Assembly: GCA_000146045.2 (NCBI GenBank)
Contig: BK006943.2
Location: 1 to 64,000, forward strand
Direction of reading: 5' to 3'
DNA length: 64,000 nt
Origin: TPA_inf: Saccharomyces
Lineage: Eukaryota
This document shows, one piece after another, positions 36,919 through 47,658 of this stretch. The position numbers were made by a program, and so were the translations under genes. Below the pieces are notes generated by a model. The model saw only the letters and a list, made by a program, of their open reading frames with translations. It searched no databases and was not told the origin of the DNA. Numbering within the stretch: the first letter of the stretch is position 1; each line of letters opens with the position of its first letter.

Positions 36919-37734
36919 ATGTCTCGAGTTGCACAGCTCGACTCGATAGCGCTTGATAAAGAATTGTATGGACAGTTTTGGTCCGAGTTCAATGCAGCAT
37001 TCAATACGAGTGAACACAAAGAGGAATGGGAGTTGGCACTGAACACAGTTGTGTTTATGTGCGCGACGAGGTTCCTGCCACACTATGGCTCTAGCTGTAC
37101 GTATGGATCCGCACTCAGTGGCGTGGTTTTTCAGTGCAGGAAACGCACCTTGTATGTCGTCACTGTCTTGGCAGGGTACGTGTGGAAGAAGATCACACAT
37201 ATTATTTTTAATGGGCCGCACTGTGGGAACCAGATGATGTGGCTGAAGCTGTACAAATGGGTTAATTTATTGTATCACGGCTGTGATGTAACCAACTTCC
37301 TGAGGTTTCTAGCAGCGGAAGGGCCCAATGCGAGGGCGTTTTTGTCGCCGTTATACCGGGCTTTTAATGTCCATTCCACAAGGTTGATTCGGGATGGTTC
37401 TGCAATTGCCTCTGAATTTTATTCGAACTCTGTATTCGCTGGGTTAGAATACCAGAATAGACAATTGCTATGGAATGCACTATTAGAACTCTTTTCCAAT
37501 ACACTACTTACGAAAAGAGGACTCTTGACCTTTGTTAAAAAACCACCAAGGTCTCGTTCTACGACTACTTATAAGACAGTTTGCCCCCGTTGCGGCGGTT
37601 TTCCAACCAACCCATACCAGATCGCTTGTTGTCGTGCGAACTACTGTTACGTGTGCGTTGTAAAGGCGTTGGAGTGGTCTATGTGCGATGCCTGTGGATC
37701 CTCTGGGAGACTGACCGCCTCACCAGTGTACTAA
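36919..37734 (+). CDS. PEX2: Peroxisomal RING-finger peroxin (E3 ligase component), 271 aa
   Basis: C-terminal C3HC4 RING (CPRCGGFPTNPYQIACCRANYCYVCVVKALEWSMCDACGS). 271 aa. ATG verified. Confidence 0.85.
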   Translation: MSRVAQLDSIALDKELYGQFWSEFNAAFNTSEHKEEWELALNTVVFMCATRFLPHYGSSCTYGSALSGVVFQCRKRTLYVVTVLAGYVWKKITHIIFNGPHCGNQMMWLKLYKWVNLLYHGCDVTNFLRFLAAEGPNARAFLSPLYRAFNVHSTRLIRDGSAIASEFYSNSVFAGLEYQNRQLLWNALLELFSNTLLTKRGLLTFVKKPPRSRSTTTYKTVCPRCGGFPTNPYQIACCRANYCYVCVVKALEWSMCDACGSSGRLTASPVY

Positions 37735-38004
37735 AGGGCCCCGTTCCCTCGCTTGTATCTCTATATATGTGTATACTATATTCATATTCATGTTGTCAAA
37801 ATCGGTCACGTGGTAAAGGGTCTGGTTTTTTTTTTTTCACTTTCTGCTCAAGAAAAAAAAGAAACAATAAAGAAGTGGTATAATATCATCATGGAACGCT
37901 GTACGGGACGATGTGGGAAGCGACGTCTGAAATCCAGTAATAATAAACAGTGAGCACTTTAGGATAGCAGTAGTTTGCATTTTGCACGTTTCCCTTTCCA
38001 TGCA

Positions 38005-39969
38005 ATGTTTTTACCTCGTCTCGTTCGGTACAGGACCGAGAGGTTTATAAAAATGGTACCTACCAGGACCTTGCGACGAATCAACCACAGCAGCAGGGAT
38101 CCAATTCAAAAACAGGTCTTGGCCCTTATCAAAGCAAATGCGAATTTAAATGACAATGACAAGTTGAAAATACGGAAATATTGGTCTGACATGGCGGACT
38201 ACAAAAGTCTTCGGAAACAAGAAAATAGCTTACTGGAAAGCTCTATATTACACGAGGTCAAGATCGAAGATTTCATCAGTTTCATCAATCGCACAAAAAC
38301 CTCATCTATGACTACAAGAGGAATTTATAGAAGAGAATGTTTGTACCAATGCAAGAAAAACTTGGATCTAGTCAATCAAGTGGTCTCCCAAGTTTCATCC
38401 GTAAGACATCAAAAGCCCTTGACTACGCAATTGGATACTATGCGCTGGTGTGTTGATGATGCCATCGGCACAGGAGACATAGTTATGGCTGCCGACCTTT
38501 TCCTGCTGTACTACAGATTATTTACAGATGATAAAAAGCTAGACGAACAATATGCTAAGAAAATAATATCAGTATTAGCGTACCCAAACCCACTGCATGA
38601 TCATGTTCATCTAGTCAAATATTTACAACTGAACTCTCTGTTCGAAAGTATAACCGGAGGCGGAATAAAGTTAACGAGGTTTCAATTAGAAACTCTTTCT
38701 AATAAGGCCCTCGGCTTAAGTAATGAAGCCCCGCAATTATGCAAGGCTATACTGAACAAACTGATGAATATAAACTATTCTTTGACTAACGATTTGAAGC
38801 TTCGGGATGATCAAGTGCTGCTTGCGTACAAGTCCATTGATGAAAATTATAGAAGAGGAAATGTTGCAAGTGTGTATTCTATTTGGAACAAAATCAAAGA
38901 GCACTATGTTTCCATTTCTGCACATGATTCCAGAATCATTTATAAAGTCTTCAAGATTTGTACCCATAATAGAGCCTATAGATCTATATGTAGCGAAATG
39001 TTTTGGCAATTAACTCCAGAGTACTATTGTAATAACCCTTTGATATTACCGGCAATTATTGACTTCATTACAAAGCAAGACTCTTTAACAATGGCCAAGG
39101 AACTCATGCAGAACATTAACAGATACACTTTACCCGAAAACCATCATATTGTCTGGCTTAACAAGAGATGTCTTTCTTCATTGCTAAGAATGCATTTGAA
39201 ATTTAACGATTCTAACGGTGTAGATAGGGTTTTGAAGCAAATAACAACAAATTTCAGGGCGCTTTCGCAAGAAAATTATCAAGCAATAATTATTCACCTT
39301 TTCAAAACACAAAACCTCGATCATATCGCTAAGGCAGTCAAATTACTCGATACTATACCCCCCGGACAAGCAATGTTAGCCTATGGGTCAATAATTAACG
39401 AAGTAGTTGATTGGAAATTGGCTTCAAAGGTCAAGTTCACCGATAATTTGATGGCACTTGTAAACGATTTGTTGACGAAGGCACATGATTTTGATCCTGA
39501 CCACAGAAACTCTCTTTGGAATGTGGTTTCCGCTTTATACATTAAAAAACTTTGTCATTATAAAAAGCGAGATGGTAAATTTGTTGCCAATGCCAAGAAG
39601 GATATCGATTTGGCAAAACTACTTTATATAAATGCTGCAAAGAGAAGTAAAACATACTGGACAAAATCGAACTGTAACCCATTCATTGCATCCTCCCCAT
39701 GTGATGTCAAATTAAAAGTGAATAATCAAAACAGGTTTACTATTTTAAGGAATATTGCATTAAGCGCACTGCAGATAGGAAGAACAGACATTTTTCTTTG
39801 GGCGTGCGCAGAACTATACCAGAACGGTATGACGATTGAGGAATTGAAGTTAGACTGGAATTTCATCTTAAAACATCAAATTAGAAATTCAGAGTTCAAA
39901 ACAAACAAGGAGATCATACAAGATATTAAAAAGCATGGTGTGTCGGCTGTCAAACGTTACTTAAGATGA
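38005..39969 (+). CDS. CBP1: Mitochondrial protein required for COB mRNA stability, 654 aa
   Basis: The ORF-track start at 37975 is TTG; first ATG is at 38005 (MFLPRLVRYRTERFIKMVPTRTL, a mitochondrial-presequence-like N-terminus). 654 aa matches CBP1. Confidence 0.8.
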   Translation: MFLPRLVRYRTERFIKMVPTRTLRRINHSSRDPIQKQVLALIKANANLNDNDKLKIRKYWSDMADYKSLRKQENSLLESSILHEVKIEDFISFINRTKTSSMTTRGIYRRECLYQCKKNLDLVNQVVSQVSSVRHQKPLTTQLDTMRWCVDDAIGTGDIVMAADLFLLYYRLFTDDKKLDEQYAKKIISVLAYPNPLHDHVHLVKYLQLNSLFESITGGGIKLTRFQLETLSNKALGLSNEAPQLCKAILNKLMNINYSLTNDLKLRDDQVLLAYKSIDENYRRGNVASVYSIWNKIKEHYVSISAHDSRIIYKVFKICTHNRAYRSICSEMFWQLTPEYYCNNPLILPAIIDFITKQDSLTMAKELMQNINRYTLPENHHIVWLNKRCLSSLLRMHLKFNDSNGVDRVLKQITTNFRALSQENYQAIIIHLFKTQNLDHIAKAVKLLDTIPPGQAMLAYGSIINEVVDWKLASKVKFTDNLMALVNDLLTKAHDFDPDHRNSLWNVVSALYIKKLCHYKKRDGKFVANAKKDIDLAKLLYINAAKRSKTYWTKSNCNPFIASSPCDVKLKVNNQNRFTILRNIALSALQIGRTDIFLWACAELYQNGMTIEELKLDWNFILKHQIRNSEFKTNKEIIQDIKKHGVSAVKRYLR

Positions 39970-40193
39970 ACGGCCAAACGCACATTTACGATATAAATAA
40001 CAAAGCAAATAATAACAAAACAAATTTCTGTAAATATATACTAAATCCAAGCATTGCATCCTAATTCTTTTCTTTTTTTGATCATCAAATAAATGTATTA
40101 TTTTATGTTATATGCGTTAGACTTGTTATATTCTTTCATGCTATTCTATCGTTGTGTTATGAATTAATTTATATTTACAGTTTTTCAGTACAT

Positions 40194-41183
40194 TCAATTC
40201 CTTTTTTTTGGAGGAGGTAACAATTTCACATCTTTCGATTGTTTGATCGCCGCGTTAGAGAAATCTCTCACTACAATTTGACAATTTACCTCTTTGCATA
40301 ATGCCTTCTTCTTTGAAGGTGGTACTTTTTGCAGAAGTTCTAGCCCAGTACTTCTCTCTAAAGCATCTATAGGAACTTCAAAGTCAGTCAATTTCGTCTC
40401 ATTTGATATCGGTTCGTTTGGCAATACAAATGCCGCGACAGCAATATCCTCTCTAGCAGGATTGGCTGTTGGTGCTTCTGCAACAATCAATTTAAAAAAG
40501 TGCGTTGGAACAGCAATACTGGGTGGATTGCCAATAACTTCATAATTAACCCTAAATTTATTATCTATGGGATCCTTTTTGGGTAGATACAATGGACCAG
40601 TCACGATTCTTACACTCTTATATTTCTTAGTCAATCCCCTACAAAAGTACTCCAAATGCGCCCAATAGTCTCTATTAAAACCTTCTCCTACTTGAGGACA
40701 CATATTGGATAAGTAGAATGTATCATCCATGGCCTGTTGAGAAAATTTTGCGTCTGCAGCTGGGGCTTGATGGCCTCGATCATAGCCCGACCTAAAATAG
40801 TCTCTTAGTTTACCTCTAAACTTTTCTGGAATTACTTCATCTTCCTTGAAAAAGGAATTTTTTCTGTCAGCATTCCTTGCAGCCAATGATTCTGGCGTTA
40901 TATGTTCGAGGACCCAATAAGGATTTTGAGTTTGTCTGTTGTAACATGAGATAAACTCTTCGCGGTTCTGCAGATCATGAATCGGACCAGGAAAACCATA
41001 CTTGAAGAACCCGGAAGGATCGACGTTGAAAGAGTGAGATTGAATATTACTATTAGGTTTCTGGGTAGGTGGATAAGGTGTCTCAATGATTTGCGTTGGA
41101 GAATGTTTGTTCAAAAGAAGATAGGTTAAGCCAGTACCAGCACCCAGTCCGACTAAACCGGACAAGAGTATCCTACTGCACAT
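40194..41183 (-). CDS. NUC1: Mitochondrial nuclease, EndoG family (beta-beta-alpha-Me finger, DRGH motif), 329 aa
   Basis: SGYDRGHQAP active-site motif. N-terminal TM/presequence. 329 aa. ATG verified. Confidence 0.9.
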   Translation of the reverse strand: MCSRILLSGLVGLGAGTGLTYLLLNKHSPTQIIETPYPPTQKPNSNIQSHSFNVDPSGFFKYGFPGPIHDLQNREEFISCYNRQTQNPYWVLEHITPESLAARNADRKNSFFKEDEVIPEKFRGKLRDYFRSGYDRGHQAPAADAKFSQQAMDDTFYLSNMCPQVGEGFNRDYWAHLEYFCRGLTKKYKSVRIVTGPLYLPKKDPIDNKFRVNYEVIGNPPSIAVPTHFFKLIVAEAPTANPAREDIAVAAFVLPNEPISNETKLTDFEVPIDALERSTGLELLQKVPPSKKKALCKEVNCQIVVRDFSNAAIKQSKDVKLLPPPKKRN

Positions 41184-41388
41184 GATAACTTTAACTTTGG
41201 GATCTAATAAGTGGGGAACTTAACTAAATGTTCTTATCTTTATACAATTGTAACTCTATAAAAACTAACAAATTACTTGATGAGTGACCAATAACCAATT
41301 GCACCATTGATATTTTTTCACAGATTTTATTTTTTTTTTCTTTTTTCGCGATGAGTTTTATTTCCGTGCATATGCATCCGACTTGCAA

Positions 41389-44300
41389 TTAGTCGAAAGA
41401 TTTCAGTTGAAAGGCCTCTTCGACAGAGCCCAAAGACTGCGATTTAACGTATGCCTCCATCACGGAACCTATAATTGCTTTTTGTTGAGGACTTATAGTG
41501 CTAGAAATGGCTTCTTTAAATGAATTTTTGTCCAATTTAGCCAAAGCAACTATGCCACTTGCTACTTCGTTGTCTATTTTCTCTGTATATGCGCTATGAT
41601 ATGCGGCAAAGAAAGAAAGACATAAAGCAATTGACAATGATGCCTTTTGGTGATCTTGTTTGATTACTTCCTCGGAAAACTGAATTATCAACTTAGTTTT
41701 AATGCTTGCCTGCGATAAGGAATCGTTTGTTTGAATATCTTGAAAGAATCTTTTTATAACCAACTTCATAAAATACTGCAACAACGGGTATTTGAAAATA
41801 TTAGATATTATTCTCTTGAAGCCTTGTAGAGCAATTGGCTGCGTAGCAGGATTATTCAATGCCTCCGAGAGAATATTTGCGCACTGATTCAGTTCCTGAA
41901 AACTTAGCTTAGAGTATCCATTAGACAGCAAGATCAAAATGGTTGCAACTTTATTCTTTGAATCCAGCTTATGATAAATAACATCTTTTATTGACCCGTA
42001 GAATATTTCTAGTAACACAATATTTTTTTCGTCCTCAGATTCCGTAAGCGCTTTTACTAGTGCCTTGAAAAGTGGGAGTATGATTGGAATTATTACTTCA
42101 CGATGACTACATTCATAAATTTTCCCTATGATGAATAAAAGACATGAATAAAGATCTACTTTGAACATATTGTCGAAGTTACTGATATTTGATTCGAACG
42201 CAATAAATGTTTTTTTCAACAGACTAATATCTGTGGGAGAGATTTTTATTTCATTATCATCTTCTTCGCTGGTAAGCACGTTATACTTAATAAATGGCAA
42301 CCTCTCAGAAATAATTGTCATCAGTAGTCGCAGTAGCTCATATAGTTTGTCAATATCTTGTAGAAATGTTTCAGGAGTAGCATTACACTTCGAATACCCA
42401 ATGATCAAGTCACTGATGATATCAACAAGCAAAAATTCTTCTTTACTGTCGCCTGTAGAAATCAGTCTGTCCATAATCTCAACAACTTCAGTAATAATAT
42501 CATCCTCAAATATACTTTTTATGCACAGATTGCTCTTCAAAACATTGTGTAAAGCCGGTAAAACTTGCATCTTGACTGAATGATCATCAATATTTTTGAC
42601 GATAGCCTCCAAACATTGGCTAAATAAAATAAAAAGAAAATACTCTAATTCCTCATCGTTAAGAGATGCCAAAATGACTTGAACGTCTGAATCCAGAGTG
42701 CACCCAAGGGCCTCTACGAAATTTAACCAGACCGGTTCATATAACTCAATTTTCGTACTTCTTGGTTCAATGAGACTATTTTCTTTCGAGTCATTCTTTA
42801 CTTGCACAGTAGAATCATTATCGTTATACTTTATCATCATGTATTCACGTAAAGAAATGATCCATAATGGGACTAAAATGCTCCAATATTTCCTGGTAAA
42901 AGAGAAAAGCGCATCATTTGACGACGTGATGGATCTTTGCACTACCTCAGCCCACGCATCCAAAACGGCAAGTTCAATTTTTCTTTTCGCTTTGGGTGTA
43001 ACGATTATAGCTTCCCCTATCCGTATACCGGAATTAGGATCTTTAAAGTTACCAAGAAGGTCAATTAGTAATTGTGAAATTCTTCCCAATTTATCTGGTG
43101 GCATTATATTCGATGCCAACACTTCAGCAGCAACAGTAATAGCAAAGGACATTACAGTAGGTGAGCTTCCTTTACTAAAAGCAGGCATTAATGCGCTAGT
43201 TATTTGGGCCTCTTGCTGTTCTAAAATCGACGATCCAGGAACCTGAGGATCTCTCATGGTGGAGTAGTTCTTGAGAACAAAATTCAAAATGTGTAGTCCC
43301 GTTAACTTCATGCCTTCATTCCTCACTGTAGATCCACGAAATGATATTTTAATGAGATCTGCAATTTTGTTGCTGAGGGCAAGGAGCAGATTTTCATATT
43401 TTTCGGATTCTAAGCACAACATTAATATTAAATTTAAGATAATCTGTCTGCTCTTCCATTGCAGGTTCTCAGAGTCGAGACCACCAGCATCTGTGTCAGT
43501 CAGTTGGTTAACATTCGCTATTGATTCTTCTTCTTCGCCTTTAATTTCCTTTTCTGAAGATTTTTTTAGGCCATTTACCTCTAGTAGGGCTGAAACGTCT
43601 CTGTTATAGCTTTGGAAGAGTCTTCCTAAACTCATATTAAATATTGAGTATAATTTATCGAACCAATGATTATCTCTTTTGAAAGTATGTAATATCCATT
43701 CGGTAAAATAATTCTTGACAGAACCGGAATTTGGAAAAAGTGCGAGATATCTCCAGCTCAAATTTTCCATTTCTTTCATGAAAAATTCCTCCATCTGTAA
43801 TTTGTACAACAACGTCAATAAATCAAAGTTTTCAAAGGCGCCTTTCAGACTTGAAGTTCGAGAAATGAGTTCATTTGAGCCCGTGAATGTAGTGTCAAAA
43901 TATGATGAGCCTATTCCAGTCACTATTGAACTTTTAATTATGCTCTTAGAAGCAAGAATAAAGATTTCATAGTTTAGAATGTTTTTCATTTTAAAAGTAG
44001 CTATGTTTTCAAACATTTTAATGCTGGTTATGCTGTTGAGAATATTATTTGAAATTAACATGGAGAGTGTAATGTTTCTGAACGAATCAAGAACCTTGGT
44101 GTTAAGTTCTAGAAAATTTGGCCCCACAGTTTCAGTCAATGTCCTTGAAATTTCACCGATTGCTACGTGAGAATTAAAGTCCCTATTATAGTTACAGCGA
44201 AGAGTAGAGCGTCCGTAAATACCATACTTATCCTGGACCAAAAGCTCTTCCATAGAACTTAGCAACAGAGCTGCCGTCTTTAAATCAATCACTAAATGTT

Positions 44301-47300
44301 TCTCAAGAAGAATATGCATTGCTTTCAATGACCATGAATGAACAACAGGGTGTGGATCCCTCATTAATGCAAAAATTACATCAAAGTATTCTTCAAAATT
44401 AGCATATTGTGAGTTATATTTAAAAATTGTAGCCAATGATAAGACATGAAACATCCTTAAGTATGGTTCGTCCATATCTGCGACGTTTTTAATGAATATT
44501 CTTGATTGCTCTGTAAGGAATTTTTGTCTTTCTTCATCGCCAAGTGTTCTTGCGATAGCCGCTGTCAGCAATCCTACACAATCTGCCTTGATTTTTGTGA
44601 GAAAAATGTCATTAAAAAACTGAATCTTCTTTATTGATTCGATAATTAGCTGCCCCACTGAATAGTCCAACTCTAGATTGTTTTCTTGCATGATGCGTAA
44701 AGCATTATGCAGAGCACTACAAACATTAGCAGCCACAGCCACGCTTCTCAATGGTGTAGTCATTTTGGAGAACATGGACAAATTTAAAGTTTCCATAATG
44801 GAATACTGTATTTTGCTATTCAAAAAAGGGAATACAGATGAAAAAAGTTCCATAGAAGAGTCGATTAAAGATGTAGTGACCTGAGGTGCGTAGCGGTCAA
44901 TTTGGGAATAAGACCCAGATCCATATAGTAGAATCAGTGAATCTAAAGATAAAATGGGTGAAATTGGTTTTGATACTTCTACTTCGAAAATATTGTACCA
45001 ATTGTAATCCTTGGATGGCCAACTTCCACTTATTGATTCATCATACTTGTAAGCACTGGACATCGATAAATTCACGATACGGTCCCCAGTTATTTTGCTG
45101 GATAGGCCGAATGCAAAGCCGTTGTTTTGACGAAGTAAAGTATTAATTGAAGATTCTAATACTATATTACTTTCCATGTCGTCCTTGTTACTCACTTTCC
45201 TGTTACCAATATCTTTCAAGCTTCCCAAAACGGAACTACTTGACTCGGTGTAAAGATTGGGATCTGAAAAATTCTTCACGATTAATATTAGTAAAGAACT
45301 ATTAAAATCGCTATTTATGTATTTCTCCAGCTTAAGGTATACCTGTAAAATTCTGTTTTCATTATGCAGTAAAGCATTGTCAATGTTTTTCGATTTCAGG
45401 TCAATGGAATGATTAAAATTGGAGCACTTAGTTAGCAAATATGATACTTGTTTAGCCATTTCTTTATCAATTGTCGTATTGCTTAAATACGTCAATAAAC
45501 AAGTCAATGCATGATTTCGGATTTCTAGGTTCTTGTATAATTCATCCTCGTCGTGGTATGTGTAGGTATGTGTTAATAAAACTTTCCAGAAAAGAAATAG
45601 TTGGGGTATCTGCAGCTTCAAATACTGTTCATCTTTATAATTCATCAATCCTATCAATAATATCCAGCATAAAAGACCCTTGAAGTACAAATTAGAAGAG
45701 GTAGATGTAGTATTATTCTTAATGAATGATGTAGAAAACACTGTAATTCTCATGATCAACTCATAGGAAATATAATCGCTCTCGGCACCTTTGATTAGAT
45801 TTGCTATTATAAAAGCATGGCCATGATTTTTATGAAAAATAAATTTTCCTGTAGATTTAAAATCAGTGGATAGTGCACGTAAGGAGTTTTCAATGGTCTC
45901 CGAAAGATATTCTGGACAGTTGTTCAAAAAAACCTTCAAAATTTCCACAGTGTGAACTCGTATCGTAAAGATTTCACATGTAGCTAAATCAACCAGTTTA
46001 TCTCTAATCTCTTTAACGGTATTTTCCTCAGTGGTGAAAGTAGAACCTAAGTCGCTGATTAACACATACGTGAAGTCAAGCTGCAGTAATGTAAGCCACT
46101 GTGTTTCAGGCTTCGCATCAATACTATATTTGAAATTTGAAGCTGAATCACTTTTAGAGGAGCTCTGGTAAGTATCAGAACAACCTAGGATGTAGTACAA
46201 CATTTGAGTCTTTGCAGAATCATTCAAATGTGGCAATATTACTTCATGCATATGTTGAAAGTATCTCAAATACCTTGATAATGTATTCATGCTCCTATTA
46301 TTCACTTCGTAACTGCTGAAGACGCCGCTTAAAGAGAGAACTATATCCAAATATTTTGAGTTACTCAAAAAAGTGTTGTCAGCTAATAAATTCAAGTTTA
46401 TCAAATGAATAATAGATTCGAAGCAACCACTTTCCACGTCTCGTGTATCACAGTTTAAGAATATCTTAACGTAGATGGACCATACTTCTTGTAGAGTTAA
46501 AATATTTTTAGAAAAGTAATAATCAAATAATATCTCCGCTAAAGATTTTGCGGTAAAGATACGAGTTTCGTCGTTTGCAAAACCATAAACACCTATTTCA
46601 CCTTCGGTAAATCTAGAATATATGGTCTCTATAATATCATGGGAGTGCTCTCTGATAAAATTAGTTTGTTTGAAATGAGCTGTCCAGCATTCAATTAGGA
46701 CAGACACAAAAGTAACTGAAAAGTCCTTCTCATCAGTGGAAATACTGTCAAAAACGGTTTTGGATAGTTTCGAAAATTTCGCATATGTGGCTGGATCAAG
46801 GATTTTATCATCATTATTGGAATTTCTTAGAATCGCATTAAAAAGCTGAAGAAGGGTTGTCATGAAGGTAGCATGATAATATTTACTTTTCTCCATAATT
46901 TTTTTCAGGTTTTTGAAAATAGCATTAAATAACAATGGGATTAAGGAAGAGATGCTACTTCCAAAATTTTCAAATAATTGAACAAGTATGGTACATGCGA
47001 TATCTTTTGCCGGTGAGTATATGTACTTTTTTTTTTTTGTACTTGACTTCTTCTTTTTTTTCTTTTGGTTAGGGTCGGTATCTCCATCATCAATGGATAC
47101 ATCTTCTTCACACAATACGTTTGTTAAGAATGCTGCGGAATCAAAAACTACACCAGGATATTCGTCCTTCAAACGCCATATGGAAATCGTATAGAGCTGA
47201 GACAAACTGATAAACACTGAATGCAGTTCTAAATCATCCGTATTTTCTAGTACGGAGATATACCTCACAAACTCATCCAGTTGAGTGTGTATTTCCTTAA

Positions 47301-47433
47301 CCTCCTGTATTTCATTATCATTAACTTCTTTCAAACATATAAGCTTTTCCAAATTGGTGGTTATCCAAGTTAATAAATCGTGACCATTGTTTGATGATGT
47401 TTCTATCACTTTCTTGAGGGATCGGTTTGCCAT
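41389..47433 (-). CDS. LAA1: Large HEAT/ARM-repeat protein (AP-1 accessory protein), 2014 aa
   Basis: 2014-aa ORF with ATG verified. Helical-repeat composition throughout. Contains a poly-Lys tract. Position and length match LAA1. Confidence 0.85.
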   Translation of the reverse strand: MANRSLKKVIETSSNNGHDLLTWITTNLEKLICLKEVNDNEIQEVKEIHTQLDEFVRYISVLENTDDLELHSVFISLSQLYTISIWRLKDEYPGVVFDSAAFLTNVLCEEDVSIDDGDTDPNQKKKKKKSSTKKKKYIYSPAKDIACTILVQLFENFGSSISSLIPLLFNAIFKNLKKIMEKSKYYHATFMTTLLQLFNAILRNSNNDDKILDPATYAKFSKLSKTVFDSISTDEKDFSVTFVSVLIECWTAHFKQTNFIREHSHDIIETIYSRFTEGEIGVYGFANDETRIFTAKSLAEILFDYYFSKNILTLQEVWSIYVKIFLNCDTRDVESGCFESIIHLINLNLLADNTFLSNSKYLDIVLSLSGVFSSYEVNNRSMNTLSRYLRYFQHMHEVILPHLNDSAKTQMLYYILGCSDTYQSSSKSDSASNFKYSIDAKPETQWLTLLQLDFTYVLISDLGSTFTTEENTVKEIRDKLVDLATCEIFTIRVHTVEILKVFLNNCPEYLSETIENSLRALSTDFKSTGKFIFHKNHGHAFIIANLIKGAESDYISYELIMRITVFSTSFIKNNTTSTSSNLYFKGLLCWILLIGLMNYKDEQYLKLQIPQLFLFWKVLLTHTYTYHDEDELYKNLEIRNHALTCLLTYLSNTTIDKEMAKQVSYLLTKCSNFNHSIDLKSKNIDNALLHNENRILQVYLKLEKYINSDFNSSLLILIVKNFSDPNLYTESSSSVLGSLKDIGNRKVSNKDDMESNIVLESSINTLLRQNNGFAFGLSSKITGDRIVNLSMSSAYKYDESISGSWPSKDYNWYNIFEVEVSKPISPILSLDSLILLYGSGSYSQIDRYAPQVTTSLIDSSMELFSSVFPFLNSKIQYSIMETLNLSMFSKMTTPLRSVAVAANVCSALHNALRIMQENNLELDYSVGQLIIESIKKIQFFNDIFLTKIKADCVGLLTAAIARTLGDEERQKFLTEQSRIFIKNVADMDEPYLRMFHVLSLATIFKYNSQYANFEEYFDVIFALMRDPHPVVHSWSLKAMHILLEKHLVIDLKTAALLLSSMEELLVQDKYGIYGRSTLRCNYNRDFNSHVAIGEISRTLTETVGPNFLELNTKVLDSFRNITLSMLISNNILNSITSIKMFENIATFKMKNILNYEIFILASKSIIKSSIVTGIGSSYFDTTFTGSNELISRTSSLKGAFENFDLLTLLYKLQMEEFFMKEMENLSWRYLALFPNSGSVKNYFTEWILHTFKRDNHWFDKLYSIFNMSLGRLFQSYNRDVSALLEVNGLKKSSEKEIKGEEEESIANVNQLTDTDAGGLDSENLQWKSRQIILNLILMLCLESEKYENLLLALSNKIADLIKISFRGSTVRNEGMKLTGLHILNFVLKNYSTMRDPQVPGSSILEQQEAQITSALMPAFSKGSSPTVMSFAITVAAEVLASNIMPPDKLGRISQLLIDLLGNFKDPNSGIRIGEAIIVTPKAKRKIELAVLDAWAEVVQRSITSSNDALFSFTRKYWSILVPLWIISLREYMMIKYNDNDSTVQVKNDSKENSLIEPRSTKIELYEPVWLNFVEALGCTLDSDVQVILASLNDEELEYFLFILFSQCLEAIVKNIDDHSVKMQVLPALHNVLKSNLCIKSIFEDDIITEVVEIMDRLISTGDSKEEFLLVDIISDLIIGYSKCNATPETFLQDIDKLYELLRLLMTIISERLPFIKYNVLTSEEDDNEIKISPTDISLLKKTFIAFESNISNFDNMFKVDLYSCLLFIIGKIYECSHREVIIPIILPLFKALVKALTESEDEKNIVLLEIFYGSIKDVIYHKLDSKNKVATILILLSNGYSKLSFQELNQCANILSEALNNPATQPIALQGFKRIISNIFKYPLLQYFMKLVIKRFFQDIQTNDSLSQASIKTKLIIQFSEEVIKQDHQKASLSIALCLSFFAAYHSAYTEKIDNEVASGIVALAKLDKNSFKEAISSTISPQQKAIIGSVMEAYVKSQSLGSVEEAFQLKSFD

Positions 47434-47658
47434 TTTCGTGGCCTGGGCTATTTATTTTATCTTTTAGTTTTTTTTAAACCTAATAACTATTATTTCAATT
47501 GAATAATAACAAATCACTGTTTCAATATGGCGATGAAAAAAAAAACGGCCACACACGGTATGCCACTATGTGGTGTGAGGAAGCAGATAAAATAATAATA
47601 CATAAAAAGAAGGATGTAGAAGAATATACAGATATAAAGAAGTCGCGAGTTTAAAGGT

